Shown: one piece after another, positions 10,289 through 20,201 of the stretch
Layout of the letters: each line of letters opens with the position of its first letter
Position numbering within the stretch: position 1 is the first letter of the stretch
Assembly (NCBI GenBank): GCA_046290465.1
Contig: JBKAGP010000001.1
Location: 2,112,001-2,176,000, forward strand
DNA from: Planctomycetota bacterium
Lineage (GTDB): Bacteria; Planctomycetota; UBA1135; UBA2386
Reading direction: 5' to 3'
Length of the DNA stretch: 64,000 nucleotides
Made by a program: the position numbers and the translations under genes
The notes under the pieces: generated by a model
Seen by the model: only the letters and a program-made list of their open reading frames with translations
Database searches by the model: none
Told to the model about the DNA's origin: nothing

Positions 10289-13174
10289 ATGAAGTTCCAG
10301 AACCAGGTCCTGAGCCTGCACAGCGACGCGCTCGCCGCGGACACGTTGATGGTCCAGAAGCTCTCCGGACGGGAGCAGATGAGCGGGCTGTTCCGCTTCG
10401 ATCTCGACCTGATCTGCAGCGACCCCGAGCTCGACCTCGAAGCCGTGCTGTACGCGCCCGCGAGGCTCGGCATCAAGGTGCAGGTCAAGATCGCCGGCGG
10501 CCAGGTCGGGATGTCGACCCGCGAGATCGCCGGCGTGTTCGAGGAATTCGAGCAGCTCGAGGAGGGGCAGGGCTGGACCAAGTACCGCGCCGTGCTGGTG
10601 CCGAAGCTGTGGAACACGACGCGTTCGTTCCGCAGCCGCATCTTCCAGGAGATGACCATCGAGGACGTCGTCCAGGCGGTGCTCGAGAAGGACGGCCTCG
10701 ATCCACAGCTCGACTTCGAGTTCCAGCTGCAGCGCCACGGCGACGAGGACCCTGAGACCAGGCCGATCTACCCCAAGCGCGAGTACGTCGTGCAATACGA
10801 GGAGAGCGACTGGAACTTCCTGGCGCGCTGGCTCGAGCACGAGGGCATCTACTTCTTCTTCAGCAACGAAGACGGCGAGGAGAAGGTGGTGTTCGCCGAC
10901 ACCGAGTCTGCGTACGCCGACTCGCCGTTCGGCTCGAGCTACCCGTATCGCCCCGAGGCCAAGGGCGAGGGAACGGACTCCGACAAGTTCACCGAAGAGG
11001 AGATCCGGAGCTTCCGGTGCCGGCAGACCCGCCTGCCGACCCAGGTCGCGGTCAACGACTACAACTGGCGCGTGCCGAGCGCGCGCCTGCACTTCACCGA
11101 GGACGTGCGTGAGGCCGGCACCGGCCTGCAGACCGAATACAACGACCACTTCAAGGACGAGGCCCAGGGCAAGGCCATCGCCAAGGTCCGTCGCGAAGAA
11201 CTCGAGTGCCGCGCCAAGGTGTTCTACGGCACCGGCAGCTGCCGCGCGTTCCGCCCTGGCACGACCTTCGCGCTGGAGGAGCACTTCCGCGACGACTTCA
11301 ACCGCAGCTACCTGCTGGTGTCGGTCGAGCACGAAGCCGAGCAGATGATCAGCCTGGAGTCGTCGACGATCACCGGGGTCAAGTACGAGAACACCTTCAC
11401 GGCGATCTCCGACGACCAGCCCTGGCGCCCGGAGCGACGCACCGAGTGGCCGTCGATCAAGGGCGTCATGCACGCCAAGGTCGACGCCGAGGGCGACGGC
11501 ACGTTCGCCGAGCTCGACGAGCACGGCCGCTACAAGCTCAAGATGCCGTTCGACGAGCACTCGGACGAGGCCGACGACGGCAAGGCCTCCCGCTGGGTCC
11601 GGATGGCGCAGCCCTACGCCGGGGTCAACGCGGGCATGCACTTCCCGCTGCTGAAGGGCACCGAGGTCCTGGTCACGCACATCGACGGCGACCCGGATCG
11701 GCCGATCATCAGCGGCGCGGTCCCGAACCCCGAGACCGAGAGCCCGGCGACCAACGCGACGCTGACGCGCAACGCGATGACCACGGCCAGCGGCAACACG
11801 ATGCAGATCGACGATGCGCCGGAGGCGCGCGGCTTCCTGATGGCGGACGCCAGCGGCTCGATCGTCGACGACCGTCGCCGCCACATGCCGCGCGGCTCGG
11901 CCGCGGCCAACGCGTCGTCACCGGGCGGCGGCAACGGCGCCGTGCGGCCCGCTGCCGATGGCGTAGCCCCCACCCCGGCCGCGCACGACGAACGGCCGGG
12001 CTCCGGAGCCGGCATGGCGCGCGGTGACGAGGACTTCGAGAACAAGGTGTCGCAGTGGGACGGCGACGCCCGCAGCGCCTGGCACACGTTCATGAGCGGC
12101 GACGCGCTGCGCGACATCAAGACGCGGGGCTGCTACCAGACGGACTCCGCGCCCGGCGACGGATCCGACGCCAACAGCCTCAGCACGGCCGACTGGTCGA
12201 GCCAGGGCGGCGTGCAGGGGCCGACCGACGACAACAACGCGCTCAACCACGCCGGCTTCAAGGAGATCCTCAAGAACCTGTCGACGGTCGCCGTCAACCT
12301 CGGCTACGAGGGCTTCTCCCGCGGCGGCGACCAGCGCGTCGGCCTGGCCGAGTTCTTCCGCCAGGTGCACAACTTCACCGGCGAGGCCTACGGCTCGCGC
12401 CTGCGCACCTGGGTCGGCGACGACTGGATGATCAAGTGGGGTGACAAGTACACCTACAACGATGTCACCAACGATGTCTCGATCGGCACCGGTGGTTTCG
12501 GCTGGAAGGAGGAGCACGGCGACACCGACGACCACAGCTGGCACTGGGGCACCGCCAAGAGCTACAGCCACCACACCGGAGACGACGTATCGCGCAGCTA
12601 CCGCAAGGGCCGGTGGGCGTCCGATTCGTATACCTACGGTGCGTTCGCCGCGTTCAACCTGCAGTTCGACGCGCACGCGACGTTCTCGTTGACCGGCTCG
12701 ATCCACACCGAAAACAGCATCGACCTCGGCGTCTACAACTCGAACTCGGTCTTCGTCGGGGTGAAGGGCGGCATCGAGGTGACCCTGGCGGCGCTGATCG
12801 ACACGCAGATCGGGCTGACCCGGACGTTCCTCGAGGTCGGCAGCGACAGCCGCCTGAAGATGACCAGGGAGGACGGTGTCTGGCTGACCAAGAGCGAGGC
12901 CGGACTGAAGGACTTCAAGGCGACCTTGAGCAAGACGGACGCCGCGCTGAAGTCCGAGGTCGCCGCGCTCAAGCGGGACATCGCCGCGCTGAGCAAGACG
13001 GACGCCGCCGTCAAGCAGACCGACGCCGCCGTCTCGCAGTCCGCCGCAGCGGTCAAGGACGACAAGGCGGCCGTCAACGCACAGCTCGCAGCGATCATGC
13101 GCAACAGCCTGTCGGCCTCGAGTTCGAGCCAGTCGGCCAGCAGCACCGAACTCAACGCGTTCAAGAGCATGTGA
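10289..13174 (+). CDS. vgrG: T6SS spike VgrG with atypical C-terminal extension
   Basis: GREQMSGLFRFDL, VQYEESDWNFLARWLEHEGI, SRWVRMAQPYAG, GMHFPL...DGDPDRP. Confidence 0.93.
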   Translation: MKFQNQVLSLHSDALAADTLMVQKLSGREQMSGLFRFDLDLICSDPELDLEAVLYAPARLGIKVQVKIAGGQVGMSTREIAGVFEEFEQLEEGQGWTKYRAVLVPKLWNTTRSFRSRIFQEMTIEDVVQAVLEKDGLDPQLDFEFQLQRHGDEDPETRPIYPKREYVVQYEESDWNFLARWLEHEGIYFFFSNEDGEEKVVFADTESAYADSPFGSSYPYRPEAKGEGTDSDKFTEEEIRSFRCRQTRLPTQVAVNDYNWRVPSARLHFTEDVREAGTGLQTEYNDHFKDEAQGKAIAKVRREELECRAKVFYGTGSCRAFRPGTTFALEEHFRDDFNRSYLLVSVEHEAEQMISLESSTITGVKYENTFTAISDDQPWRPERRTEWPSIKGVMHAKVDAEGDGTFAELDEHGRYKLKMPFDEHSDEADDGKASRWVRMAQPYAGVNAGMHFPLLKGTEVLVTHIDGDPDRPIISGAVPNPETESPATNATLTRNAMTTASGNTMQIDDAPEARGFLMADASGSIVDDRRRHMPRGSAAANASSPGGGNGAVRPAADGVAPTPAAHDERPGSGAGMARGDEDFENKVSQWDGDARSAWHTFMSGDALRDIKTRGCYQTDSAPGDGSDANSLSTADWSSQGGVQGPTDDNNALNHAGFKEILKNLSTVAVNLGYEGFSRGGDQRVGLAEFFRQVHNFTGEAYGSRLRTWVGDDWMIKWGDKYTYNDVTNDVSIGTGGFGWKEEHGDTDDHSWHWGTAKSYSHHTGDDVSRSYRKGRWASDSYTYGAFAAFNLQFDAHATFSLTGSIHTENSIDLGVYNSNSVFVGVKGGIEVTLAALIDTQIGLTRTFLEVGSDSRLKMTREDGVWLTKSEAGLKDFKATLSKTDAALKSEVAALKRDIAALSKTDAAVKQTDAAVSQSAAAVKDDKAAVNAQLAAIMRNSLSASSSSQSASSTELNAFKSM

Positions 13175-13178
13175 CGCC

Positions 13179-16100
13179 GTGATCCATCAGAACCTGACAC
13201 CATTCGCGTGGGGACCCGTGGTCACCTCGCGCAAGGACAAGGACGTCGAGCTGGCGGTCTGCGTGCGGGGCACGTACACGCTCGTTCCCGGCGAACCGCC
13301 GGCGCCGATCGAGGACCCGCTCGAGCGCGGCTTCATGAGCGGCGAGACCTTCGCCGACGAGGACATCAACCAGCTCGGCGCGTCGCTGCGCGGCGACGAC
13401 TTCGCCCACTGGAAGCTGCACGGGGAGGCGCTGTTGCGCGGCAGCTTCCACCACGCGGACGGCACCGGTCGCGAGGGGGTCGCGCGGTTCTCGGTCGGAA
13501 CCTGGTCGAAGCAGATCCACGTGACCGGACCGCGCGCCTACAAGAAGGGCATGTTGCTCGGCGGCTCCGCTGGCGAACCGCAGCCGTTTCGGAGCATGCC
13601 GTTGACGTGGGAGAACGCCTATGGCGGCGCCGGCTACGCCAGCAACCCGGTCGGGCGCGGCTTCACCGGCGAGGAGCTGCCGACGCTGTCCTTGCCCGGC
13701 CAGCCGGTCCGCAAGATCGGCCAGCGTGACGTTCCGCCGGCGACGTTCCTGCCGATCAGTTCGCACTGGCCGCAGCGCAGCGGCAAGCGCGGCCGCAACT
13801 ACGGCAAGCAGTGGCAGAAGGCCCGCGCGCCGTTCTTCAGCGACGACTTCGACTGGACCTACTACCAGTCCGCACCACCCGACCAGTGGGTCGAGGGCTA
13901 CTGGCGCGGCGACGAGACGCTGACGTTCGAGAACCTGCACCCGACGCAGGCTCGCTGGCAGACGCAGCTGCCGGCGGTGCGCGTGCGGTCGTTCGTCAAG
14001 ACGACCGACGGCCGCATCCACGAGCCGGACATGCACCTCGACACCGTGTTCGCCGACGTCGACGACGGCAAGCTCTACCTGACCTGGCGGGGCCATGCGC
14101 CGATCCAGCGGATCGACATGACCGACGTCGCCGTCGTGTTGCTGGCACACGAGCCGCTCGCGGACGCGCCGACCGATGCGCAGGTCTACATCGACCAGCT
14201 GAAGGCGTTCGAGGACGACCCGGTCGGGCTGAAGGCTGCGTTCCCCGCGGGCTTCCTGATGTTCGCCGACGCCATCGAAGCCGTCGAGCAGGCGGAACTC
14301 GACGGAACGCCGATGCCCGACCTGCAGAAGGTGCAGGACGAACTGCCGCCCGAGTGCCCGATGCCGCCGTGGTTCCTGGCCGCCGTCGCCGGCGACGAGG
14401 ACCCTCTGGGCATCGAGGACAAGTTTCCGCCGGGCATGTTGGACGGCTCCGCAGCACCGGGGGCGGCCGAGGCCGGCGGGCTCGCCGATCCCGACACGCA
14501 GGCCGGCATGTTCGCCGACCTGGAGAAGCTCGGGGACGATCCGGGCCTCGCCGCCGAACTGCTCGACGGCATCGTCGGCCTGCTTCCGGCCGACAAGCAG
14601 GCCGGCCTCAAGGAGGGCATCCGCGCGCTCGCCGAGACGCTCGACGCGGTCAAGGCGGACGCGGGCGCCGACGTCTTCACCAAGGCGGCCACGGCCGCGA
14701 AGTCGTCACCTCCGGCGAAGCCTGCGGCGGAGAGCTACGGCGACATGATGGCCACCGCCAACGAACAGGTGTCGATCGCCGGCGACGCGGCCGACACCGC
14801 CGAGACCGCAGCCAAGGTCCAGGAGGCCCAGGCCAACCTCGACAAGGCGCCGCAGTCGCTCGACGATGCAGTGGCGCAGGGCCTGAAGCCGCTCGAGGAC
14901 ATCGACATCCCCGACGTCCCCGACCTGCCGGACGGCGACGCCGTGCTCGCGGAGCAGGCCGCGATGATCGATCGCGAAGAGGCGCGCATGCGCGACAAGC
15001 TCGGCGACCATCCGATGCTCGGCATCTTCGCGATGGGTCGCAACCTGATCGAGAACGCGCCGCGCCCCGGACAGCTCGCGCCCGACCTCAGCGCGATCCC
15101 CGCGGGGCTGCAGCGCGCCCAGCAAGCGCTCGCCGCGCAGGGTGTGTCGGCCGCCGCCATGGCGCCGCTTTCCGCGCTGATCGCCAAGGTCCAGACGCTG
15201 GTCGACAACTGCCCCAAACCGGACCCGCTGCCCGAAGGCGAGTTCGTGGCGCAGGACCTGCGTCGCCGTGACTTCTCGGGACAGGATCTGCGCGGGCAAA
15301 CCTTCTGCAAGGCCGACCTGACCGGCGCGCTGTTCTGCTCGGCGGACCTGACCGGCGCCGACTTCACCCAGGCGGACCTGACCAAGGCGGACCTGACCGG
15401 AGCGACGCTGACGGAGGCGACGTTCAAGCGCGCCAACCTGAGCAAGGCGCAGTTCACGAACGTCACGGCTCCGCGCGCTTCGTTCGCCGACGCCGACATC
15501 ACGGCGACGGACTTCGCCAACGCCGACCTGACCGGCGCGAAGTTCACCAACGCCCGCGGCGAGAAGGCCGACTTCGGCTCCGCCACGCTGATCGACGCAG
15601 ACGCGAGGTTCAGCGACCTGTCCAAGGCCGACCTCCGAGCTGCCGACCTCACCCGCGCAAACCTGTCGTTCGCGACCCTGCACCTGGTCAAGGCCGACCG
15701 CGCCGACCTGACCGAAGCCAACCTCGAACTCTGCAAGCTGACCCGCTCGCGACTGCATGACGCCGTGCTGCGGAACAGCCGCTCCACGATGGCCTTCTTC
15801 ACCGCGAGCAACCTGACCGGCGCCGACCTGCGCGGCTGCCGCTACGAGAAGTGCGACTTCTCCAAGGCGACGCTGGACCGCGCCGACCTGCGGGGCTCGG
15901 ACCTGAGCCACACCCTGTTCCGCGACGCCATCGCCACCGCGGCCGACTTCCGTGAGGCGGTGCTGACCGGCTGCTCCACCACCGGCGAAGCCCGCTTCAC
16001 GCAGTGCGACTTCCGGCATGCAGAGGGGCCGCGCAGCGTCTGGATGGATGTCGAGCTGACCGGCTCGACGTTCCGACACGGGGACTTCGGGCACGCCTAC

Positions 16101-16382
16101 TTCGACGGCGCCCGGGGCAGCGACATCGACTTCGTGGCGACGGGCCTGAAGTACGCCAACTTCCGCCGCGTCGAACTGTGCCGGGTGTCGTTCGCGTTCG
16201 CGGACCTCGCCGGGGCCGTGTTCCAGGACGCGACCGTCGACGACGGCGACTTCCAGCGCAGCAACTGCTACGACGCCAAGTTCCTCGGCGCCCGCGCCAC
16301 CCGCTGCCGCTTCTCCGATGCATTCCTGGTCGGCGTGCAGCTCGACGACCCCGACAACGAACCACCCGGAGGTGACCGATGA
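13179..16382 (+). CDS. DUF2169 adaptor fused via an acidic helical region to pentapeptide repeats (TagAB-like)
   Basis: PLTWENAYGG..NPVGRG, YYQSAPPDQW, LDTVFAD; C-terminal A(D/N)LxG repeats. Confidence 0.88.
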   Translation: MIHQNLTPFAWGPVVTSRKDKDVELAVCVRGTYTLVPGEPPAPIEDPLERGFMSGETFADEDINQLGASLRGDDFAHWKLHGEALLRGSFHHADGTGREGVARFSVGTWSKQIHVTGPRAYKKGMLLGGSAGEPQPFRSMPLTWENAYGGAGYASNPVGRGFTGEELPTLSLPGQPVRKIGQRDVPPATFLPISSHWPQRSGKRGRNYGKQWQKARAPFFSDDFDWTYYQSAPPDQWVEGYWRGDETLTFENLHPTQARWQTQLPAVRVRSFVKTTDGRIHEPDMHLDTVFADVDDGKLYLTWRGHAPIQRIDMTDVAVVLLAHEPLADAPTDAQVYIDQLKAFEDDPVGLKAAFPAGFLMFADAIEAVEQAELDGTPMPDLQKVQDELPPECPMPPWFLAAVAGDEDPLGIEDKFPPGMLDGSAAPGAAEAGGLADPDTQAGMFADLEKLGDDPGLAAELLDGIVGLLPADKQAGLKEGIRALAETLDAVKADAGADVFTKAATAAKSSPPAKPAAESYGDMMATANEQVSIAGDAADTAETAAKVQEAQANLDKAPQSLDDAVAQGLKPLEDIDIPDVPDLPDGDAVLAEQAAMIDREEARMRDKLGDHPMLGIFAMGRNLIENAPRPGQLAPDLSAIPAGLQRAQQALAAQGVSAAAMAPLSALIAKVQTLVDNCPKPDPLPEGEFVAQDLRRRDFSGQDLRGQTFCKADLTGALFCSADLTGADFTQADLTKADLTGATLTEATFKRANLSKAQFTNVTAPRASFADADITATDFANADLTGAKFTNARGEKADFGSATLIDADARFSDLSKADLRAADLTRANLSFATLHLVKADRADLTEANLELCKLTRSRLHDAVLRNSRSTMAFFTASNLTGADLRGCRYEKCDFSKATLDRADLRGSDLSHTLFRDAIATAADFREAVLTGCSTTGEARFTQCDFRHAEGPRSVWMDVELTGSTFRHGDFGHAYFDGARGSDIDFVATGLKYANFRRVELCRVSFAFADLAGAVFQDATVDDGDFQRSNCYDAKFLGARATRCRFSDAFLVGVQLDDPDNEPPGGDR

Positions 16383-18517
16383 CCTGGGGATCGCTCGACC
16401 GCGACACGGTCCTGCAGCGCATCGCCGGCGGCGAGCCGCTCGCCGACTGCTCGTTGTCCGACCTCGACCTCGGTGGCCAGTCGCTGCGCGGCGCGAACTT
16501 CGACGGCGCCGTGCTCGAGCGGATCGACCTCCGCGGCTGCGACCTGACCGGCGCCAGCTTCCGCGGGACCACGCTGCTGGACTGCCAGTTCGCCGAAGCG
16601 ACGCTGGCGGGTTCGCAGTGGTCCGGCTGCCATGCCCTGCAATCCGACTTCGCGAACCTCGACTTCGCCGGAGCAGAGGTGATCGGGAGCCAGTTCGTGC
16701 AGTGCCACCTACCGCACGCGAAGTTCGACGAGGTCCGCCTCGACCAGACGACCTTCGCGTCGTGCGCGATGTCGCGAGCGAGCTTTGCCGGGGCCAGCCT
16801 GCGCAGCGCCGTGCTCGCGCAGTGCGAGCTCGACGGCGCGCAGCTGGCCGGAGCCGACCTGACCGAAGCGACGCTCGCGCTGTCGAACCTCGAAGGCGCC
16901 GTGCTGCGCGATTGCAAGCTCGGGTTCGCGTCGCCGGCCAAGGCCAACCTGCAGGGTGCCGACCTGCGCGGCGCCGACCTCAACGAGACGATGCTCGCCG
17001 GCGCCGACCTGCGCCGTGCCGACCTGCGTGAGTGCAAGATGTCGCAGTCGCTGTTCGCCAACGCCGACCTTCGCGGCGCGCTGCTGCCGGCCGGCGAACT
17101 GCAGGGCCTGATGTTCAACAACGCCGACCTGACCGGCTGCGACCTGTCGCAGACCAGCCTGGTCAAGTGCATGCTCAACGGCGCGGTGCTCGACGCGGTG
17201 ACGTTCGGCGACGGGCAGGCGATCCGCGAGTGCCTCGCCAACGGTGCGTCGTTCCAGCACGCCACCTTCGCTCGCCTGCAGCTCGAACAGACCGTGATGG
17301 AGGACGCCGACCTGCGCGGAGCGGACCTGTCGCAGGCGACCGTCGCAACGACGCGCATGCCGCGCAGCGACCTGCGCGGAGCGCGCCTGCCCGAACGGCT
17401 GGTCGACTGCTCGTTCGCGCACGGTCGCCTCGACCCCGACACGTTGCGCGGCAAGGTGCTGACCGGCGCCGACCTCGAGGGCATCGACTTCGCCGGCTAC
17501 TGCTTCGACGGGTGCGACCTGCACCGCGCGTCGTTCCAGGGCTGCAACGTGCAGGGAGCCAGCTTCCGCGGCGCCCGGCTCGAGGCAGCCAACCTGCAGG
17601 AGTGCGACCTCGCCGGCGTCGACTTCACCGATGCGGACCTGCGGCACGCCCGCTTCGGCAAGGCGCGACTCGCCGGTGTCGACCTGTCGGGCCATGACCT
17701 GACCATGACGCAGTTCCGGGAGGCCGACCTGACCGGCGCCGACCTGACCGGCTGCGACCTGTCGATCGCCGACTTCGGCGACGCGAGGCTCGACCGCGCC
17801 AACCTCAGCCGCGTGCGTATGAACGGCGGCAGCCTGGCCCACGCCTCGATCGAGGGCCTCGTGCTCGAGAACGCCGAGCTGCACGGTGATCTCAGCGAAC
17901 TCGACTACGACCACCTGACGTTCCGCGGCCAGACCTTCAGCCGCTGTTCGTTCCGCGGCGCGGACCTCAGCGGACGCGACCTGTCCGGCTGCGACCTGAC
18001 CCAGAGCCTGTTCCACATGGCGAACCTCGCCGGCGCGAAGTTCACCGGCAGCCGCCTGCACCTGGCGAACTTCTGCGAGGCCGACCTCAGCGACGCCGAC
18101 TTCGAAGGCGTGACCGCGACGATCGCGAACTTCGCCAGGGCCACGATGCACGGGACCAGGCTGCGCGGAGCGAACCTGCGCAACGCGATCCTGCCCGAGG
18201 CCGAAGCGCTGCGTTGCGACTTCGGCGGGTGCGATCTGCGCGAGTCCGTCTGGACCCGGGCGGACCTGACCGGCAGCAGCTTCGTCGGGGCCAACCTGAC
18301 GCACGCCGAGATGAGCTACGCCACGCTCGACGGCTGCGATCTCGACATGAGTGATCTGACCTGGGCCAACCTGCACGGCGTGCTCGAGAAGGAGACGCGC
18401 TGGGGCAAGGCGATCCGCAGCAAGGCGCGCAAGACCGACGACGATCGCCTGCATGGCGAACACGGCTTCCGTCGCCCGACGCCCGAAGAACTCGAACGGA
18501 TGGGGATCGACCCATGA
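16379..18517 (+). CDS. Pentapeptide repeat protein (TagB-like)
   Basis: Nearly continuous ADLxG/ANFxx repeats over about 670 aa; ATGA overlap with upstream gene. Confidence 0.92.
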   Translation: MTWGSLDRDTVLQRIAGGEPLADCSLSDLDLGGQSLRGANFDGAVLERIDLRGCDLTGASFRGTTLLDCQFAEATLAGSQWSGCHALQSDFANLDFAGAEVIGSQFVQCHLPHAKFDEVRLDQTTFASCAMSRASFAGASLRSAVLAQCELDGAQLAGADLTEATLALSNLEGAVLRDCKLGFASPAKANLQGADLRGADLNETMLAGADLRRADLRECKMSQSLFANADLRGALLPAGELQGLMFNNADLTGCDLSQTSLVKCMLNGAVLDAVTFGDGQAIRECLANGASFQHATFARLQLEQTVMEDADLRGADLSQATVATTRMPRSDLRGARLPERLVDCSFAHGRLDPDTLRGKVLTGADLEGIDFAGYCFDGCDLHRASFQGCNVQGASFRGARLEAANLQECDLAGVDFTDADLRHARFGKARLAGVDLSGHDLTMTQFREADLTGADLTGCDLSIADFGDARLDRANLSRVRMNGGSLAHASIEGLVLENAELHGDLSELDYDHLTFRGQTFSRCSFRGADLSGRDLSGCDLTQSLFHMANLAGAKFTGSRLHLANFCEADLSDADFEGVTATIANFARATMHGTRLRGANLRNAILPEAEALRCDFGGCDLRESVWTRADLTGSSFVGANLTHAEMSYATLDGCDLDMSDLTWANLHGVLEKETRWGKAIRSKARKTDDDRLHGEHGFRRPTPEELERMGIDP

Positions 18518-19446
18518 TGCCAGCGGCCAACCAGGGGGTCGGGATGAACCTGGGCTTTCCGGACGTCTGCACGACGCCGGCAGCTCCTGCCCCGATCCCG
18601 ATCCCGTATCCGAACATCGGCATGAACGCGATGGCGATGCCGTTCGTGCCCAACGTGCTGGTGTCGTTCGCGCCGGCGCAGAACATGGCGGCCAAACCAC
18701 TGCTGACCAATGGCGACAACGCCGGCGTCGCCCACCCCTTGTTCATGCAGCCGGGCGGGACCACCGTCGGCAAGCCCAACCTGCTGGTCGGCGGCATGCC
18801 GGCAGGCCACCTGACCAACCCGACCTACGGCAACAACTTCAACAACCCGGTCGGCGCCAAGATCGTGCCCAGCATCACCAACGTGCTGATGGGCTACACC
18901 CCGTCGCTGACCCCGTCGCAACGGGCGTTCGGCGCGCGCCTGGTCCGCTCGGAGGGCAGCTCGATGCGCTGCACGGCCGGCCTGCTGCAGCTCCGGATCC
19001 CGTGCATCGGCCTCGGCACCGACCGGTGGCTCGCGCGGGGCCTGTCGCGGCTGCGCGGCGTCGCGATCCGCGCCGTCGCGCTCGACCTGCGTGGCAATCC
19101 CGGAGGCGTGATCACGGTCGCGGCCCGGCTCGCGCTGCTGCTGCTGCGCCTCGATGTGCCGATCGCCGTCGCCATCGACCGCGACACCGCATCCGCCGCC
19201 GAACTGCTCGCCACGGCGCTCGACGCCCGCACGTTCGGAGAGCGCTCCTTCGGCAAGGCCCGGGCGACGACGTTCGACGTGCACGCCGCGGACCTGTCGG
19301 CCCGCGGCGATGCCCCGACGGTGACGTTCGCACGAGCCGGCGGCGAGACCATCGACGGCGTCGGCCTGCCCCCCGACCAGCCGTGCGCACCCGAGCAGGC
19401 CCACGCCGAGTCGATCGCGTGGCTGCAGACCCGCCGAGCGACATGA
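18514..19446 (+). CDS. PAAR-like (DUF4150) domain fused to an S41-family peptidase domain
   Basis: N-terminal GFPDVCTTPAAPAPIPIPYPN; C-terminal LDLRGNPGG, TASAAE, GERSFGK, GVGLPPD. Confidence 0.85.
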   Translation: MMPAANQGVGMNLGFPDVCTTPAAPAPIPIPYPNIGMNAMAMPFVPNVLVSFAPAQNMAAKPLLTNGDNAGVAHPLFMQPGGTTVGKPNLLVGGMPAGHLTNPTYGNNFNNPVGAKIVPSITNVLMGYTPSLTPSQRAFGARLVRSEGSSMRCTAGLLQLRIPCIGLGTDRWLARGLSRLRGVAIRAVALDLRGNPGGVITVAARLALLLLRLDVPIAVAIDRDTASAAELLATALDARTFGERSFGKARATTFDVHAADLSARGDAPTVTFARAGGETIDGVGLPPDQPCAPEQAHAESIAWLQTRRAT

Positions 19447-20201
19447 CGGATCCATCGAACAACACCACCGACTGGCTGCAGGCATTCCTGCCGCTCGGCA
19501 CCGTTCGCAGCGACAGCTGGGAGCCGCGCGGCGGCGGCGTGCTGATCCTCGACCGTCCGGTCGTCTGGCTGGTCACCGGGCGCCAGGTCGTCGACCCGGT
19601 CGGCGACGAGGAGCTGGCCACCTGGATCCCGAACGAACGGGGCGTCGGGTTGCTCAACCTGACGCGCAACCAGCGCCAGACCGGCATGCCGTGGGTCCAC
19701 CACCCGGTCGGACTCAGCGCGGCCATGCTGCCGCTCGACCCGAGCTTCCGCATCAAGGCGTTCGCCGAGACCCAGTGCACGCGCGTTCGCGACCTGCAGC
19801 CGATGCAGCCGGCCGCCTCCGTCGGTCGACTCTACGGCCCCGACATCGCGCCCGACCAGGCCGCGCCGCCGGCGGTGCTCGACGGCATCATCTCGGCCGC
19901 CGACGCGAAGTCCGGCTCGATCTTCACGACCGCGCCGATGCTGCCGCGCAACCTCGGCGCTCCGCTCGTGCTGGCGTCGCCCTACGGTGGCCCGGTCACG
20001 CTCGCCGGCATCCTGCTCGGCAACACGATGGTCAACGAACCCGACCCGCGCATGCTGCCCGTTCGCCTCGGCCGGGCCATCTGCGTCGACGCCGCATGGG
20101 AACTGGTCCGCGGTGCGGAAGCCTCCGAGCAGCGTCGACGGGTCACGGCCAGTGAGGGATCCGACGACGCCGAGCGCAGCGACGAGGAGCCAACCGCATG
20201 A
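19443..20201 (+). CDS. Trypsin-like (PA clan) fold protein, catalytic residues apparently substituted
   Basis: Motif order GGGVLI / WLVTGRQVV / WVHHP / PAVLDGIIS / PRNLGAPLV / LAGIL parallels GTGF / LVTNRHVV / HPxxD / PGNSGGPV; ATGA overlaps on both sides. Confidence 0.6.
   Translation: MTDPSNNTTDWLQAFLPLGTVRSDSWEPRGGGVLILDRPVVWLVTGRQVVDPVGDEELATWIPNERGVGLLNLTRNQRQTGMPWVHHPVGLSAAMLPLDPSFRIKAFAETQCTRVRDLQPMQPAASVGRLYGPDIAPDQAAPPAVLDGIISAADAKSGSIFTTAPMLPRNLGAPLVLASPYGGPVTLAGILLGNTMVNEPDPRMLPVRLGRAICVDAAWELVRGAEASEQRRRVTASEGSDDAERSDEEPTA

Noticed and set aside
13179..18517. Qnr-type quinolone resistance
   Set aside because: The pentapeptide proteins are far longer than Qnr, one is fused to DUF2169, and both are embedded in the T6SS spike module
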